DNA from: a virus
Length of the DNA stretch: 64,000 nt
Direction: 5' to 3' (one strand)
Virus record (IMG/VR): IMGVR_UViG_3300005617_000581
The notes beneath the pieces were generated by a model. The model was not told the origin of the DNA, did not search any database, and saw only the letters and a program-made list of their open reading frames with translations. A program made the position numbers and the translations under genes. Positions 49,587 to 58,859 of the stretch are shown piece after piece (the stretch's first letter is position 1; every line of letters starts with the position of its first letter).

Positions 49587-50128
49587 CGCTAGGCGCGCTT
49601 ACGGCGGCCGCGGTCGTCACCGGCGTCGGTATGTGTATCGACGCGCAGCTCGACGCGACGCCCGAGTCCGGCGGCGGGCTGGGACGCAACCCAACCATGC
49701 GGCGCTGCCTCCTCGTACCGGGAAACATCGCGTGGGACGGCTGCGACTGTGGCCAGCTCGCGCTGACCATCCAGCGTATCTATCCGTCACAGCGTTTTCC
49801 CGGCGACCAGTCCGAGGAACCGGCCACGGGTGGTTGCGCCGTCGGGCCGCGCGCCGTTCAGGCGCTCGCGTCGCTGACGCGCTGCGTACCGGCGCTTAAG
49901 GTCAGCCTCGGCGGACAGGGCGTCATTCCGTCGTGCGCCGATCTACTTCCGGCCGGAATCGTCATGGCCGCGGACGCGTACGCGATGGACCTCGCGGTCC
50001 GGTGCTGCCTCGCGCAGTTTAAAACCGACCGCGTCATCTGGGACTACCGCGTCGGGGGAGTGAACTTCGTCGGTCCGGAGGGCGCCTGCGCCGGGGTCGA
50101 ACTAACGTTTAAGTTCCAGCTGATGTAG
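49583..50128 (+). CDS. Cys-rich virion structural protein
   Basis: 181 aa containing 12 Cys. GTGA overlap start. Confidence 0.35.
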   Translation: MTLGALTAAAVVTGVGMCIDAQLDATPESGGGLGRNPTMRRCLLVPGNIAWDGCDCGQLALTIQRIYPSQRFPGDQSEEPATGGCAVGPRAVQALASLTRCVPALKVSLGGQGVIPSCADLLPAGIVMAADAYAMDLAVRCCLAQFKTDRVIWDYRVGGVNFVGPEGACAGVELTFKFQLM

Positions 50129-50135
50129 GTCGCCG

Positions 50136-50594
50136 ATGCCCGTTCACGTAACGCACGTCTTCAACGAGGCGCAGTTTCAGTTTCTTATACACAGCCCGCT
50201 CGGCGGCGTCGCTAAGGACCTAATCAAGCGCGGTAAGCGGGTAGAGACGCGCGCGAAGCAGAACCTCGGCGGATCGACCGGCAGCGGCCCGCGGCGCATC
50301 AACACCGGGCTGCTCCGCGCGAGCATCACGAGCCAGCTCATCACGCGCAGGAATGAATTGGCGGTACGCGTCGGTACGAACGTCTACTACGCGCGCTGGG
50401 TACACGACGGCACCGGAATCTACGGCCCTCACAAGGTAAAGATCACGCCTAAGACGGCGCGTGCGCTCGTCTTTAGGTCGAAGATCTACGGCGCGAAGCA
50501 CGGAAAGTGGGCCGGAAAGGTCGTCGTCCGATCGGTCAAGGGTATGCGCGGCAACCCGTTCCTCGCCGACGCGATCGGCGCGTTTAACGACTAG
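50136..50594 (+). CDS. HK97 gp10-family head-tail connector/neck protein
   Basis: VGTNVYYARWVHDGTG matches the gp10-family VGTNVEYAxYVEFGT motif. Confidence 0.55.
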   Translation: MPVHVTHVFNEAQFQFLIHSPLGGVAKDLIKRGKRVETRAKQNLGGSTGSGPRRINTGLLRASITSQLITRRNELAVRVGTNVYYARWVHDGTGIYGPHKVKITPKTARALVFRSKIYGAKHGKWAGKVVVRSVKGMRGNPFLADAIGAFND

Positions 50595-50640
50595 TTCATC
50601 ACTGTAGTGAGGTGGAAAAAGTTGAGTTAGCGTCTGTAAG

Positions 50641-51060
50641 GTGCCGGGAAAAGATTTCACCAAGAAGCGCGAACCCGTGTGGTTCACGATAAACGAGTAT
50701 CGGTATGACTGCTATCCATCGCTGGTTCTCGAGGACCTCAAGGCGCTAAGGCAGGTGGTTAAGAGCGGCATCACCGAGGAAGACGCGATCGAGAAGATCG
50801 AGCAGGTCTTTGAGATCATCATGGAACCCGAGTCGTACAAAACGTACATCGAGGTGAAGAAGGATCGTAAGAACGCCTGGGATCACGAACAGCTGCGCGA
50901 CGTTCTCGAGTGGATGCTGGAGACGTACACGGGCCGCCCTACCGAGTCGCCCTCGAACTCTGCGAATGGATCACCGAGCGGCGACACTGGATCCGGTTCG
51001 ACGGCTGGTGCGTCGGTCGAGGTATCGATCCCCTCGGACTCGATGCGGAACGTGCTCTAA
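50641..51060 (+). CDS. Tail assembly chaperone (gpG-like)
   Basis: Acidic, helical 139-aa protein immediately upstream of the tape measure. An overlapping -1 frame ORF is present. Confidence 0.5.
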   Translation: MPGKDFTKKREPVWFTINEYRYDCYPSLVLEDLKALRQVVKSGITEEDAIEKIEQVFEIIMEPESYKTYIEVKKDRKNAWDHEQLRDVLEWMLETYTGRPTESPSNSANGSPSGDTGSGSTAGASVEVSIPSDSMRNVL

Positions 51061-51296
51061 ACCTGGTGCACTGGTGGCTGCTCCACGTTTGGCTCGGCGA
51101 GCCGTACAGCGACGAGGGGCGCGCCGAACGCGAACGGATCGACGACTACCTGTCGGCCGAGGTTCGGCCAAAGGACGAGGAACTACCGAAGCACGGCATT
51201 AAGCCGCCGAGCTTCTGGCGCGGCCCGGCGACCGGTGAGATCGAGATCACCAACGTCGAGGCACTGGCGGCCGCGATGAGGGGACGAAGGGGGTAG
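50910..51296 (+). CDS. Tail assembly chaperone frameshift extension (gpGT-like -1 frame ORF)
   Basis: An ORF in the -1 frame overlaps the last 150 nt of the G-like gene and runs to the tape-measure start. Slippery site not pinpointed. Alternatively an independent GTG 51066 gene. Confidence 0.35.
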   Translation: MDAGDVHGPPYRVALELCEWITERRHWIRFDGWCVGRGIDPLGLDAERALNLVHWWLLHVWLGEPYSDEGRAERERIDDYLSAEVRPKDEELPKHGIKPPSFWRGPATGEIEITNVEALAAAMRGRRG

Positions 51297-51300
51297 GACG

Positions 51301-53232
51301 GTGACGCAGCCGATCGACATCGCGTACGTCGAGATCGTTGCGCGCACCAAGGACCTTCGCCGCGAGATCAAGGACATCACCGAGAACGACGTAAAGAAGC
51401 TCGAAAAGTCGTTCGACGACGCTACGAAGTCGATCGACAAGGAGCTCGAACACACCGCGGTGGTCGCGGATAAGTCGTTTCGAAGTATCTCCGACGACAG
51501 TAAGACGTCGGCGCGCCGCGTTGAGGACTCGTTCGACAACGTGTTCAGTAGGATCGACGACCACTTCCGACGTACCAAAAATCGGATTCACGACGTCTTC
51601 GACGGCATCGACGAGGACGGCCGCAACGCCGAACGACGACTGCGTAACCGGTTCTTCGTTCCCGTCGAGAACGCGCTGCGTCGCCTCGGCAACGTCGCGG
51701 GAGACGTCGGACGCAACCTTGGCCAGCTCTTTAGCTCGCTAGGTGGGTTCGCGGCCGGGCACCCACTGGCGGCTCTGATCATCTTTCTCATTCCTCCGAT
51801 CATTGCGCTTACGGCCGCGCTGAAGGACCTATTCGGCGTCATTGGTTTGCTACCCGCGGGCATCGCGGTGCTCGCGGCGACGATCATTCCGGCCGTCGTC
51901 GCGTTCCAAAACTTCGGCGACGCGCTGTCGGCGCTGGCGAGTGGCGACACCGAGAAGATTAACGAGGCGTTGAAGAAACTAGCGCCCGCCGCGCGCAGCG
52001 TCGCCGTTGAGATGGCCGCGCTGATTCCGATCCTAAAGGACATTCAACTTCAGGTTCAGCAGGGATTCTTTCAGCCGTTGATCGGACGGTTCTCGACGTT
52101 GGCCAAGGTGCTCGCGACGCCGCTTAAGAACGGAATGACGACGGTATCGTCCGCGCTGGGTAACCTGGTTGCGAAGCTGCTGAAGTTCTTCAGCTCGGCG
52201 CAGAGCGTCGACCTGATCAATAAGTTATTCGCGTCGACGGGGCGGATCATCAACGCGCTGGCGGATCCACTGGTTCGGTTCCTCGGAGCTATGTCGAACT
52301 CCGTCGTCGCGGCGCTGCCGTTCGTTGAGCGGCTCGGCGCGGCGTTCGGTAGATTCCTCGATAAGTTTGCGCGCTTCATCAACGAAGGTATCGAAAGCGG
52401 CGGCTTCGATAAGTTCATTGAGGACGCGTTCACGATCACTAAGGAGCTGCTCCAGCTCGGTAAGGCGCTAACAGGATTCCTCGGCACCCTGTTCGCGGGC
52501 ACCGAGGAGTCGGGGCACGACCTGATCCAGACTCTTACCGATCTGACGAATAAGTTAAACGATTTTCTGAATACCGAAGACGGACAGATGGCCCTCAAGG
52601 AGCTGGTCATACTCGTCAAGCTCTTCGGGGCGAGCCTAGAAGCACTGCTTCTACTGTTCATCTCTTCGCAGCAGGTCTTTTCTCAATTCATAGATTTCCT
52701 ACACCTCATTGGCGTGGCCGTCACGGAGCTCGCCATCAACCACTTCGGTATCTTAATTCACGCGGCGGCTGCGGCATTTGGGTGGATCCCGGGACTCGGT
52801 CCTAAGCTACAGAAGGCGGCCGACGACTTCGACGCGTGGGCGGACGAGGTCCTACGTCATATCAACAGGGTAAACAACAAGACGATCACCATCACAATTA
52901 AGGCCGTTTCAAACGCGGTAGCCGTAGGTGCCCTAGGTGGAGCGATGCCTCACCTCGCCGAGGGTGGCCTCGTCAGGGCACGTCCCGGCGGAATCCTGGC
53001 CAACATCGGTGAGGGTCGCGAGGACGAGATCGTTTCGCCACTGTCGAAGCTCAAGGCGATGATCGCCGAGGTAGGAGGCGCCACCTTCGGGCCGGGCGCG
53101 ATAGTGATCAACTTGAACGGGCAGCAGCCAACGCTGTCCGAGGCACGCGGCATCGGCCAGGCGGTCGGACGCGGAGTAATGTCCATCATTGACCGCACCG
53201 ACGTGCAGGCGACCGCGAAGGCGATGTTCTAA
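51301..53232 (+). CDS. Tape measure protein
   Basis: 643 aa, alpha-helical and repetitive, with hydrophobic segments (AALIIFLIPPIIALTAAL). It has a marked AT-richer composition. GTG start. Confidence 0.75.
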   Translation: MTQPIDIAYVEIVARTKDLRREIKDITENDVKKLEKSFDDATKSIDKELEHTAVVADKSFRSISDDSKTSARRVEDSFDNVFSRIDDHFRRTKNRIHDVFDGIDEDGRNAERRLRNRFFVPVENALRRLGNVAGDVGRNLGQLFSSLGGFAAGHPLAALIIFLIPPIIALTAALKDLFGVIGLLPAGIAVLAATIIPAVVAFQNFGDALSALASGDTEKINEALKKLAPAARSVAVEMAALIPILKDIQLQVQQGFFQPLIGRFSTLAKVLATPLKNGMTTVSSALGNLVAKLLKFFSSAQSVDLINKLFASTGRIINALADPLVRFLGAMSNSVVAALPFVERLGAAFGRFLDKFARFINEGIESGGFDKFIEDAFTITKELLQLGKALTGFLGTLFAGTEESGHDLIQTLTDLTNKLNDFLNTEDGQMALKELVILVKLFGASLEALLLLFISSQQVFSQFIDFLHLIGVAVTELAINHFGILIHAAAAAFGWIPGLGPKLQKAADDFDAWADEVLRHINRVNNKTITITIKAVSNAVAVGALGGAMPHLAEGGLVRARPGGILANIGEGREDEIVSPLSKLKAMIAEVGGATFGPGAIVINLNGQQPTLSEARGIGQAVGRGVMSIIDRTDVQATAKAMF

Positions 53233-55754
53233 TGGGAAACTACAACCCACACGCGCCCTACATCCTCGGTCAGGAGTGGGTGCCGATCCGGCAGGCGAAC
53301 TACCTACCGGACGACAGCGCTGAACGCGGATACATCTTCCGACTGCAGCACACGACGACACCGGTTAGTGGCGCGTACTACATCGCGCAGGTACCCGACT
53401 TTCGCGTCGGTAGCGTCAATGACCTGGTCGCCGTCTACCCCGCGACGACCGCAAAACTGACCGGACCCATCAAGAAGGTAAACATCCCGGTATCGGCGAT
53501 CGCCGTCACGGGTGGATCGTTCATAACGACCGACGGGTTCCAGGCACTCAACAACCCGTCCGACGACAAGGCGATCATATTTAACAACTCGGGCTTCTCG
53601 GGAAACGACTTCATCACGTTTCAGTTCGACATGGACGGATACTCGCAGCAGCTGTTCGGCAAGCGCATCCTCGACGTGAAGATCCGCTACTCGATGAAGG
53701 GTATTCCGAGCGAGATCTCCAGCACCGGGCCCATCGCGAGCGGTGTGTTTATGTACGTTGGGTTCGCGAAGAACCTAAGCGACACGTTCTTCTACGGGAC
53801 GCCTGAGGTAGCGCCGATCGTCTCCTTCCAGTTCAACCAACCACACGAGGTCATCAACTCGTTCAGTCTTAAAAACGTCAACCCGTTTTGGGACGCCGCC
53901 GCGACCAACTGGACGCAGCGCGACGTCTATCCGTGGCGGTATCAGGAGCTCAGCCGGTTCCGCGCTACCGAGGGTCCATCCACGAGGATGTGCGTCGCGT
54001 TTCAGAACAGCTTGACCCTGGCGACGACCGCGGCGCGTATGTACTTCATGGACATGGAGGTCACGTACTGTGAGGAGACGCGGCTCGCGTACGGCGGCCG
54101 TCGTACGGCGTACGTCAACGGAACGCCGAACAGCAACGACGCGTACACTGTGGGCCCACAGTTCGTTAGGCTCCGCGACACCAGCTTTAACCTCGGCGCG
54201 TCGCTAACTCCTAACGAATACCTCGTTACGCTCGTTCACACCGACTCTAACTTTGCGAACCTGGACGGTGCCCCGTCGGTCAACGCCGTCCGCGAGTTGT
54301 ACCAGCTACCGACGCAGCGCGGCGTCGAGCTCGACCAGACGCTGGTCGTCAACGACGAGTTCGTGCAGGAGGACACGGACGTACTAACGCACATAACGCT
54401 GCATACCGCGGCCGGTGTCGTCACCGGAGTTCACGCGTACGGCCAGGTCTACGGCGCACCCGTCTACGGGTCGACCAGCCCGATCCAGGAAATCGAGGAC
54501 GACCCCGTCGGATCGGCTGCGCTATTTCCGCAGGTTCGGTTCTACGCGCGTCGCTTCGGCGCGACGACGGTTCCGCTGACGCTCGTCGACGTCGCGACCG
54601 GGTTGTCTACGGCGAGCATCTCGGTGGCCGACTTCGACGCGCTACCCGAGATCGTCGACGGCTGGCGCGAGGTCAACCTACGCTTTGCTACGGCGCCGTC
54701 GTTCGCGACGGCGGCGGGCGACGTCGACTGGAAGTGGACCGCCGCGGGCGAGCTAGCTGGAAACCAGTGGCAGGTCCTAGCGGCGTCCGGTCCGAGCCCC
54801 GTGGGAACGCAGTCGATCGGCAAGGCGACGTACTACGCGCCGCAGGGCGACACGGTCGACCTGACGTGGTTGTCGCCCAGCGTCTCGGGCGCGGCCGAGG
54901 ACACCCTGGGCGACGCTGTATTGATCTTCTCGCAGGATCCGATGCCCGTCTCCGGGTTCGCGCAGACGCGGACGAGCCAGTCGCTGACGTACGCGCAGCG
55001 CTGCGGCGTCACCAGCCCGAACGTGCCGACGGCGCTCAGCTACGTCAACCTGACGTGGTCCGCGCAGGGATTCCTACCGGTGACCGGCTTCGGCCAGTAT
55101 GAGCTGGAGCGCTACGACGCCGTCGACGGGGCCTGGCGGCAGATCATGTCGGCGTCGACGCCGTCCGTCACCGGGTTCGCCGACTACGAGGCCCGCGTCG
55201 GCGTCGCGACGTACTACCGGATCCGGACATGCAACCTGCTCGACTTCTGTGGACCGTGGATCACCGGCGGCCCGATCACCGTCACCGGAAGCGGCGTCAC
55301 GATCGGCGGCGACGGCAACTCACTACTTATGTTCTCTAGCAACCGACAGCCGTCGCTGAACGTCGCGTACACCATGTCGTTCGATACCGAGGTGATCGAG
55401 GCGTTCGCGCTGCCCGAGGCCGACGAGGTACAGCTGCAGCGTATGTACGGTCGCGACTACTTCACGGCGTTCTTCCCAACCGAACGGGGAGGTGAACAGT
55501 TCTCAAGATTGATCTTGGTGAACGCGGGCGCGATCTCGCCGCCGTCGCTACCCGACGCGATCGGCATGCGCGACCTGGCGCACGCGGCGCTGCGCTACGT
55601 CTGCGTTCGCGACGAGCTGGGTAACCGATGGTTCGCGAACGTGCGCGTACCCGAGGACGCCGTCCGTATGAACCGCGAGGTCTACGTCGTACGCGTCGAC
55701 ATCACGAAGCTGACCGATACACCCGATCCGATCAACCCGGGGGTAGTGACGTGA
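53232..55754 (+). CDS. Minor tail protein (840 aa)
   Basis: First large ORF after the tape measure, with ATGA overlap. Confidence 0.55.
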   Translation: MGNYNPHAPYILGQEWVPIRQANYLPDDSAERGYIFRLQHTTTPVSGAYYIAQVPDFRVGSVNDLVAVYPATTAKLTGPIKKVNIPVSAIAVTGGSFITTDGFQALNNPSDDKAIIFNNSGFSGNDFITFQFDMDGYSQQLFGKRILDVKIRYSMKGIPSEISSTGPIASGVFMYVGFAKNLSDTFFYGTPEVAPIVSFQFNQPHEVINSFSLKNVNPFWDAAATNWTQRDVYPWRYQELSRFRATEGPSTRMCVAFQNSLTLATTAARMYFMDMEVTYCEETRLAYGGRRTAYVNGTPNSNDAYTVGPQFVRLRDTSFNLGASLTPNEYLVTLVHTDSNFANLDGAPSVNAVRELYQLPTQRGVELDQTLVVNDEFVQEDTDVLTHITLHTAAGVVTGVHAYGQVYGAPVYGSTSPIQEIEDDPVGSAALFPQVRFYARRFGATTVPLTLVDVATGLSTASISVADFDALPEIVDGWREVNLRFATAPSFATAAGDVDWKWTAAGELAGNQWQVLAASGPSPVGTQSIGKATYYAPQGDTVDLTWLSPSVSGAAEDTLGDAVLIFSQDPMPVSGFAQTRTSQSLTYAQRCGVTSPNVPTALSYVNLTWSAQGFLPVTGFGQYELERYDAVDGAWRQIMSASTPSVTGFADYEARVGVATYYRIRTCNLLDFCGPWITGGPITVTGSGVTIGGDGNSLLMFSSNRQPSLNVAYTMSFDTEVIEAFALPEADEVQLQRMYGRDYFTAFFPTERGGEQFSRLILVNAGAISPPSLPDAIGMRDLAHAALRYVCVRDELGNRWFANVRVPEDAVRMNREVYVVRVDITKLTDTPDPINPGVVT

Positions 55755-56845
55755 GCCGCTGGGCCCGAACGCTGCGAACGGCGACGGCGAACGCAACCCT
55801 GGACCTGCCGCGATCGGTCGGGCAGCGCTCGACGACGTTCAGGTTCTCGATCGTCGACGTCGTCACCGGCTACCGGGTCGAGGTAAACCCGGTGCGTAGT
55901 CCAGCGCCGCAGTGGTCACACGATACGGCGCGGATGATTAAGCGTCAGATCACCGGGCTCAACCTCGGCGTCGCCGATACTGCGCGGTTCAGTAGCGTCT
56001 CGTCGCGGCTCGAGATCGAGATGATCGTCGCGGGCACGTCGTATCCGATGGGACGCTACGTTCCCTACGCCGACCAGCGGCTGCCGTCGACCGGCGGAAC
56101 CCGGTCGATCGACAGCTTCTACGACGAGATGTACATCGTCGACCAGGAGATCACCGAGGGCTTCGGTATCGGCATCGTCACGTCGGGCAGCATCGAGTTT
56201 GGAATCACCGACCTGCTGACGCCGCTGCCGATCACGTTCGACGTCGAACCGTCGACGTACGCCAACGTCTCGTCATGGGGAATCGGGACGCACCGGGGGC
56301 AGATCTGCGAACAGCTCGCGCTCGACGGCGACTACATGTCCCCGTGGTTCGACAACGACGGCGTCATGCGCTTCGTCCGGACGTTCGATCCGATGGATGA
56401 GGTTCCGACGCTGGACTACGACACGGACGGCGGCGTCATACGCAGCGAGATCGTGACGAGCAACACGCTGGTTGATGCGCCGAACAGGTTCGTCGTCATC
56501 TCCAACGGCAGTTCGGCGATTGGCGACGACGCCGAACCCGTCGCGGGAATCTACGACATACCCGATTCGGCGCCACACTCGATCAGCAACCGAGGTGGGT
56601 TCGTCATCCAGAGCACCGATACGCGGCAGCTTCAGTCCAACGCGCAGGCGACGGCGATCGCGCGCAGCCTAGGTATGCGGCACACGCTGGTCGAACAGCT
56701 ACAGCTGCAGACGGCCGCCGATCCGCGCTACGACTCGTATGACGTCGTTCGCTGGCAGGGCGTCAACTGGCTGGAGATCTCGCGCTCGATGCAGCTGACG
56801 AACGGCGCTCCGATGCAGCACATCTTTAGGAGAACCTACCGATGA
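55751..56845 (+). CDS. Minor tail protein
   Basis: In-frame GTG 55751 overlapping the upstream stop. About 364 aa. Confidence 0.5.
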   Translation: MSRWARTLRTATANATLDLPRSVGQRSTTFRFSIVDVVTGYRVEVNPVRSPAPQWSHDTARMIKRQITGLNLGVADTARFSSVSSRLEIEMIVAGTSYPMGRYVPYADQRLPSTGGTRSIDSFYDEMYIVDQEITEGFGIGIVTSGSIEFGITDLLTPLPITFDVEPSTYANVSSWGIGTHRGQICEQLALDGDYMSPWFDNDGVMRFVRTFDPMDEVPTLDYDTDGGVIRSEIVTSNTLVDAPNRFVVISNGSSAIGDDAEPVAGIYDIPDSAPHSISNRGGFVIQSTDTRQLQSNAQATAIARSLGMRHTLVEQLQLQTAADPRYDSYDVVRWQGVNWLEISRSMQLTNGAPMQHIFRRTYR

Positions 56846-57519
56846 CGTCACCTAGAACTCCGTCGATCGACGACGTCGCCGAGGCGATCCGCATCACGCA
56901 CACCCAGGGACAAGATCCGGACCGGTGGGGACTAAGCTTCGGCAGCGTACAGGATCCGAACAACGCGGACATACCTAACGTCATCCTCGACGGCGACACG
57001 GCCTTAATTCCCGCGATCTCACTCATCGGTGTTAACCTCGCCACCGGCGCGCGGGTATCCGTACTCAGCATTCCACCGAGCGGTAACTACATCATAGCCG
57101 AGCAGATGACGCGCGCGGTTAACGTCTTTTCGAGCGTCGTCTTTACGACGACGAGCACGTCATACACAGCCGTCGGCGCGGTGTTCTGCGGCGTCGCGTT
57201 CGTAGCACCACCTAGCGGGCGTGTGACGATTCACTGGTCGGCCGAGGTCCAAGGTTCCACTACCGCTACGGTCTGCCTCGTTAGCCCGCAGGTAGCCACC
57301 GGTAGCGTCGTCGGCTCGGGCTCGGTCGTCACCGGGTGGGCCGCCAACGACAACCGGCAGGTTCGCGCCGACGTGACGACGCCGGTTCGTACGGCGGACA
57401 TGGACATCGTGGACGGCCTAGTGCCGCGACAGATCTACAACGTCGCGCTGTATCACCGCGTCGTCTCGGGTACCGGAACCATCGGACGGCGGCGCATCGT
57501 CGTCTCACCCGTCGGTTAA
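56842..57519 (+). CDS. Minor tail protein
   Basis: 225 aa, Gly/Ser/Thr/Val-rich beta-type protein. ATGA overlap. Confidence 0.5.
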   Translation: MTSPRTPSIDDVAEAIRITHTQGQDPDRWGLSFGSVQDPNNADIPNVILDGDTALIPAISLIGVNLATGARVSVLSIPPSGNYIIAEQMTRAVNVFSSVVFTTTSTSYTAVGAVFCGVAFVAPPSGRVTIHWSAEVQGSTTATVCLVSPQVATGSVVGSGSVVTGWAANDNRQVRADVTTPVRTADMDIVDGLVPRQIYNVALYHRVVSGTGTIGRRRIVVSPVG

Positions 57520-57534
57520 TAGTACAGTAATCAC

Positions 57535-58233
57535 GTGGCCACCGGTGTTAAAACCACGCGCTACGCGGTGATCCCAACACACAATCGGATCGAACAGCTC
57601 ACCGCGCTGATACGTACGCTCAAGGCGCAGAACTGCGACCACATAATCATCATCGACAACGCGTCGGATCCACCGGTATCCGAGCTCTGGCTACGAACGC
57701 AGACCGACGCGCCTACCGTCGTCGTGCGCGACGAGGAACAGCCGCCGAACCTGTATCGAATGTGGAACCGCGGGTTCGGTCTAGTTGAGATGACGGCGCG
57801 GACGTTTCGTGAGGTTACCTGGGACGTCGTCGTTCTCAACGACGACGCCGAGCTTCCCGACGGCTGGCTCGACTACGTCACGTCGGGCCTGCGTCAGGTG
57901 GAATCGGCCGTCGTGGCCTGCACCGATCCGTACGGAACGCTTCATGGGGCGCTGCTTAAGACCCAGCCCGACGGCAACATCCAGACGCGCATGTGCCCGT
58001 GGGCGTTCGTCGTCCGCGGCGAGCGCGGACTACGCGCCGACGAATCGCTGCGCTGGTGGTGGGGCGATACGGACTTCGACTGGCAAGCCTGCTCTGCCGG
58101 AGGTGTGCTGCTACTACCCGGCTACACAACGAAAAACACGTGCGCCAACTCGACGACGCACGGGGCGCTGGCCGAGCAGGCCGGACGCGATGGCCAGACG
58201 TTCGCACAGAAGTGGGGATGGCGGCCGTGGTAG
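57535..58233 (+). CDS. Glycosyltransferase family 2 (GT-A)
   Basis: YAVIPTHNRIEQL...IIIIDNASD...VVLNDDAE has the GT2 N-terminal signature and DxD. Confidence 0.6.
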   Translation: MATGVKTTRYAVIPTHNRIEQLTALIRTLKAQNCDHIIIIDNASDPPVSELWLRTQTDAPTVVVRDEEQPPNLYRMWNRGFGLVEMTARTFREVTWDVVVLNDDAELPDGWLDYVTSGLRQVESAVVACTDPYGTLHGALLKTQPDGNIQTRMCPWAFVVRGERGLRADESLRWWWGDTDFDWQACSAGGVLLLPGYTTKNTCANSTTHGALAEQAGRDGQTFAQKWGWRPW

Positions 58234-58859
58234 TCGCGTATGGCTGCTGCGTCGGCTCGTGGGAGAAGTATCATGCCTACGTCGAGCCGTGGATCTTCGC
58301 CGAAACGATCGGGCGTCCGATCGTTTTGATCGAAAATCCGCCGTCGATCGGCGTGGCATACAACCAGATGCTCGACTCGTATCGGAGTTGGGCCGTCGAC
58401 GCCGTCGTGCTGCTACACGATGACCTAGAGATCACCGATCCACGAGCCGAGGTTAAGTTCCTCGAGGCGCTAGCCACGGACCCGGAGATCGCGCTGGTCG
58501 GCGTCGCCGGTGGGCACGGCGTCGGCTCGCTCGCGTGGTGGAACGCCAACACTGTCGGTCACCAGCTGATCGACTCTGGCATGCTGGACTTCGGCGAGCG
58601 CACCGGCTACGTCGACCTGCTGGAGGGCAGCATCCTCGTCTTCTCACCCTGGGCTGTCGAGAACCTTCGGTTCGACGAGGACTTCGCCGGATTTCACGGT
58701 TACGACGACGTCGCGATGATCGCGCACTCGTACGGCATGCGCGCCTACGTCACCGACGTCGATACACACCACCACACGCAGCTCGGCTTTAAGTCCGAGG
58801 AGAGCGCGCGGGCGTGGTTCGCGGCCGACGAACGATTCCGTCAAAAGTGGGGATTCTAG
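58218..58859 (+). CDS. Glycosyltransferase-like protein (GT-A-like, HDD motif)
   Basis: VVLLHDDLEI is DxD-like. 16-nt overlap with the upstream gene. Confidence 0.4.
   Translation: MAAVVVAYGCCVGSWEKYHAYVEPWIFAETIGRPIVLIENPPSIGVAYNQMLDSYRSWAVDAVVLLHDDLEITDPRAEVKFLEALATDPEIALVGVAGGHGVGSLAWWNANTVGHQLIDSGMLDFGERTGYVDLLEGSILVFSPWAVENLRFDEDFAGFHGYDDVAMIAHSYGMRAYVTDVDTHHHTQLGFKSEESARAWFAADERFRQKWGF

Noticed and set aside
50641-51296. Specific slippery heptamer for the G/GT frameshift
   Set aside because: No XXXYYYZ sequence was found in the overlap. I report the frameshift only as probable and do not assign a site.
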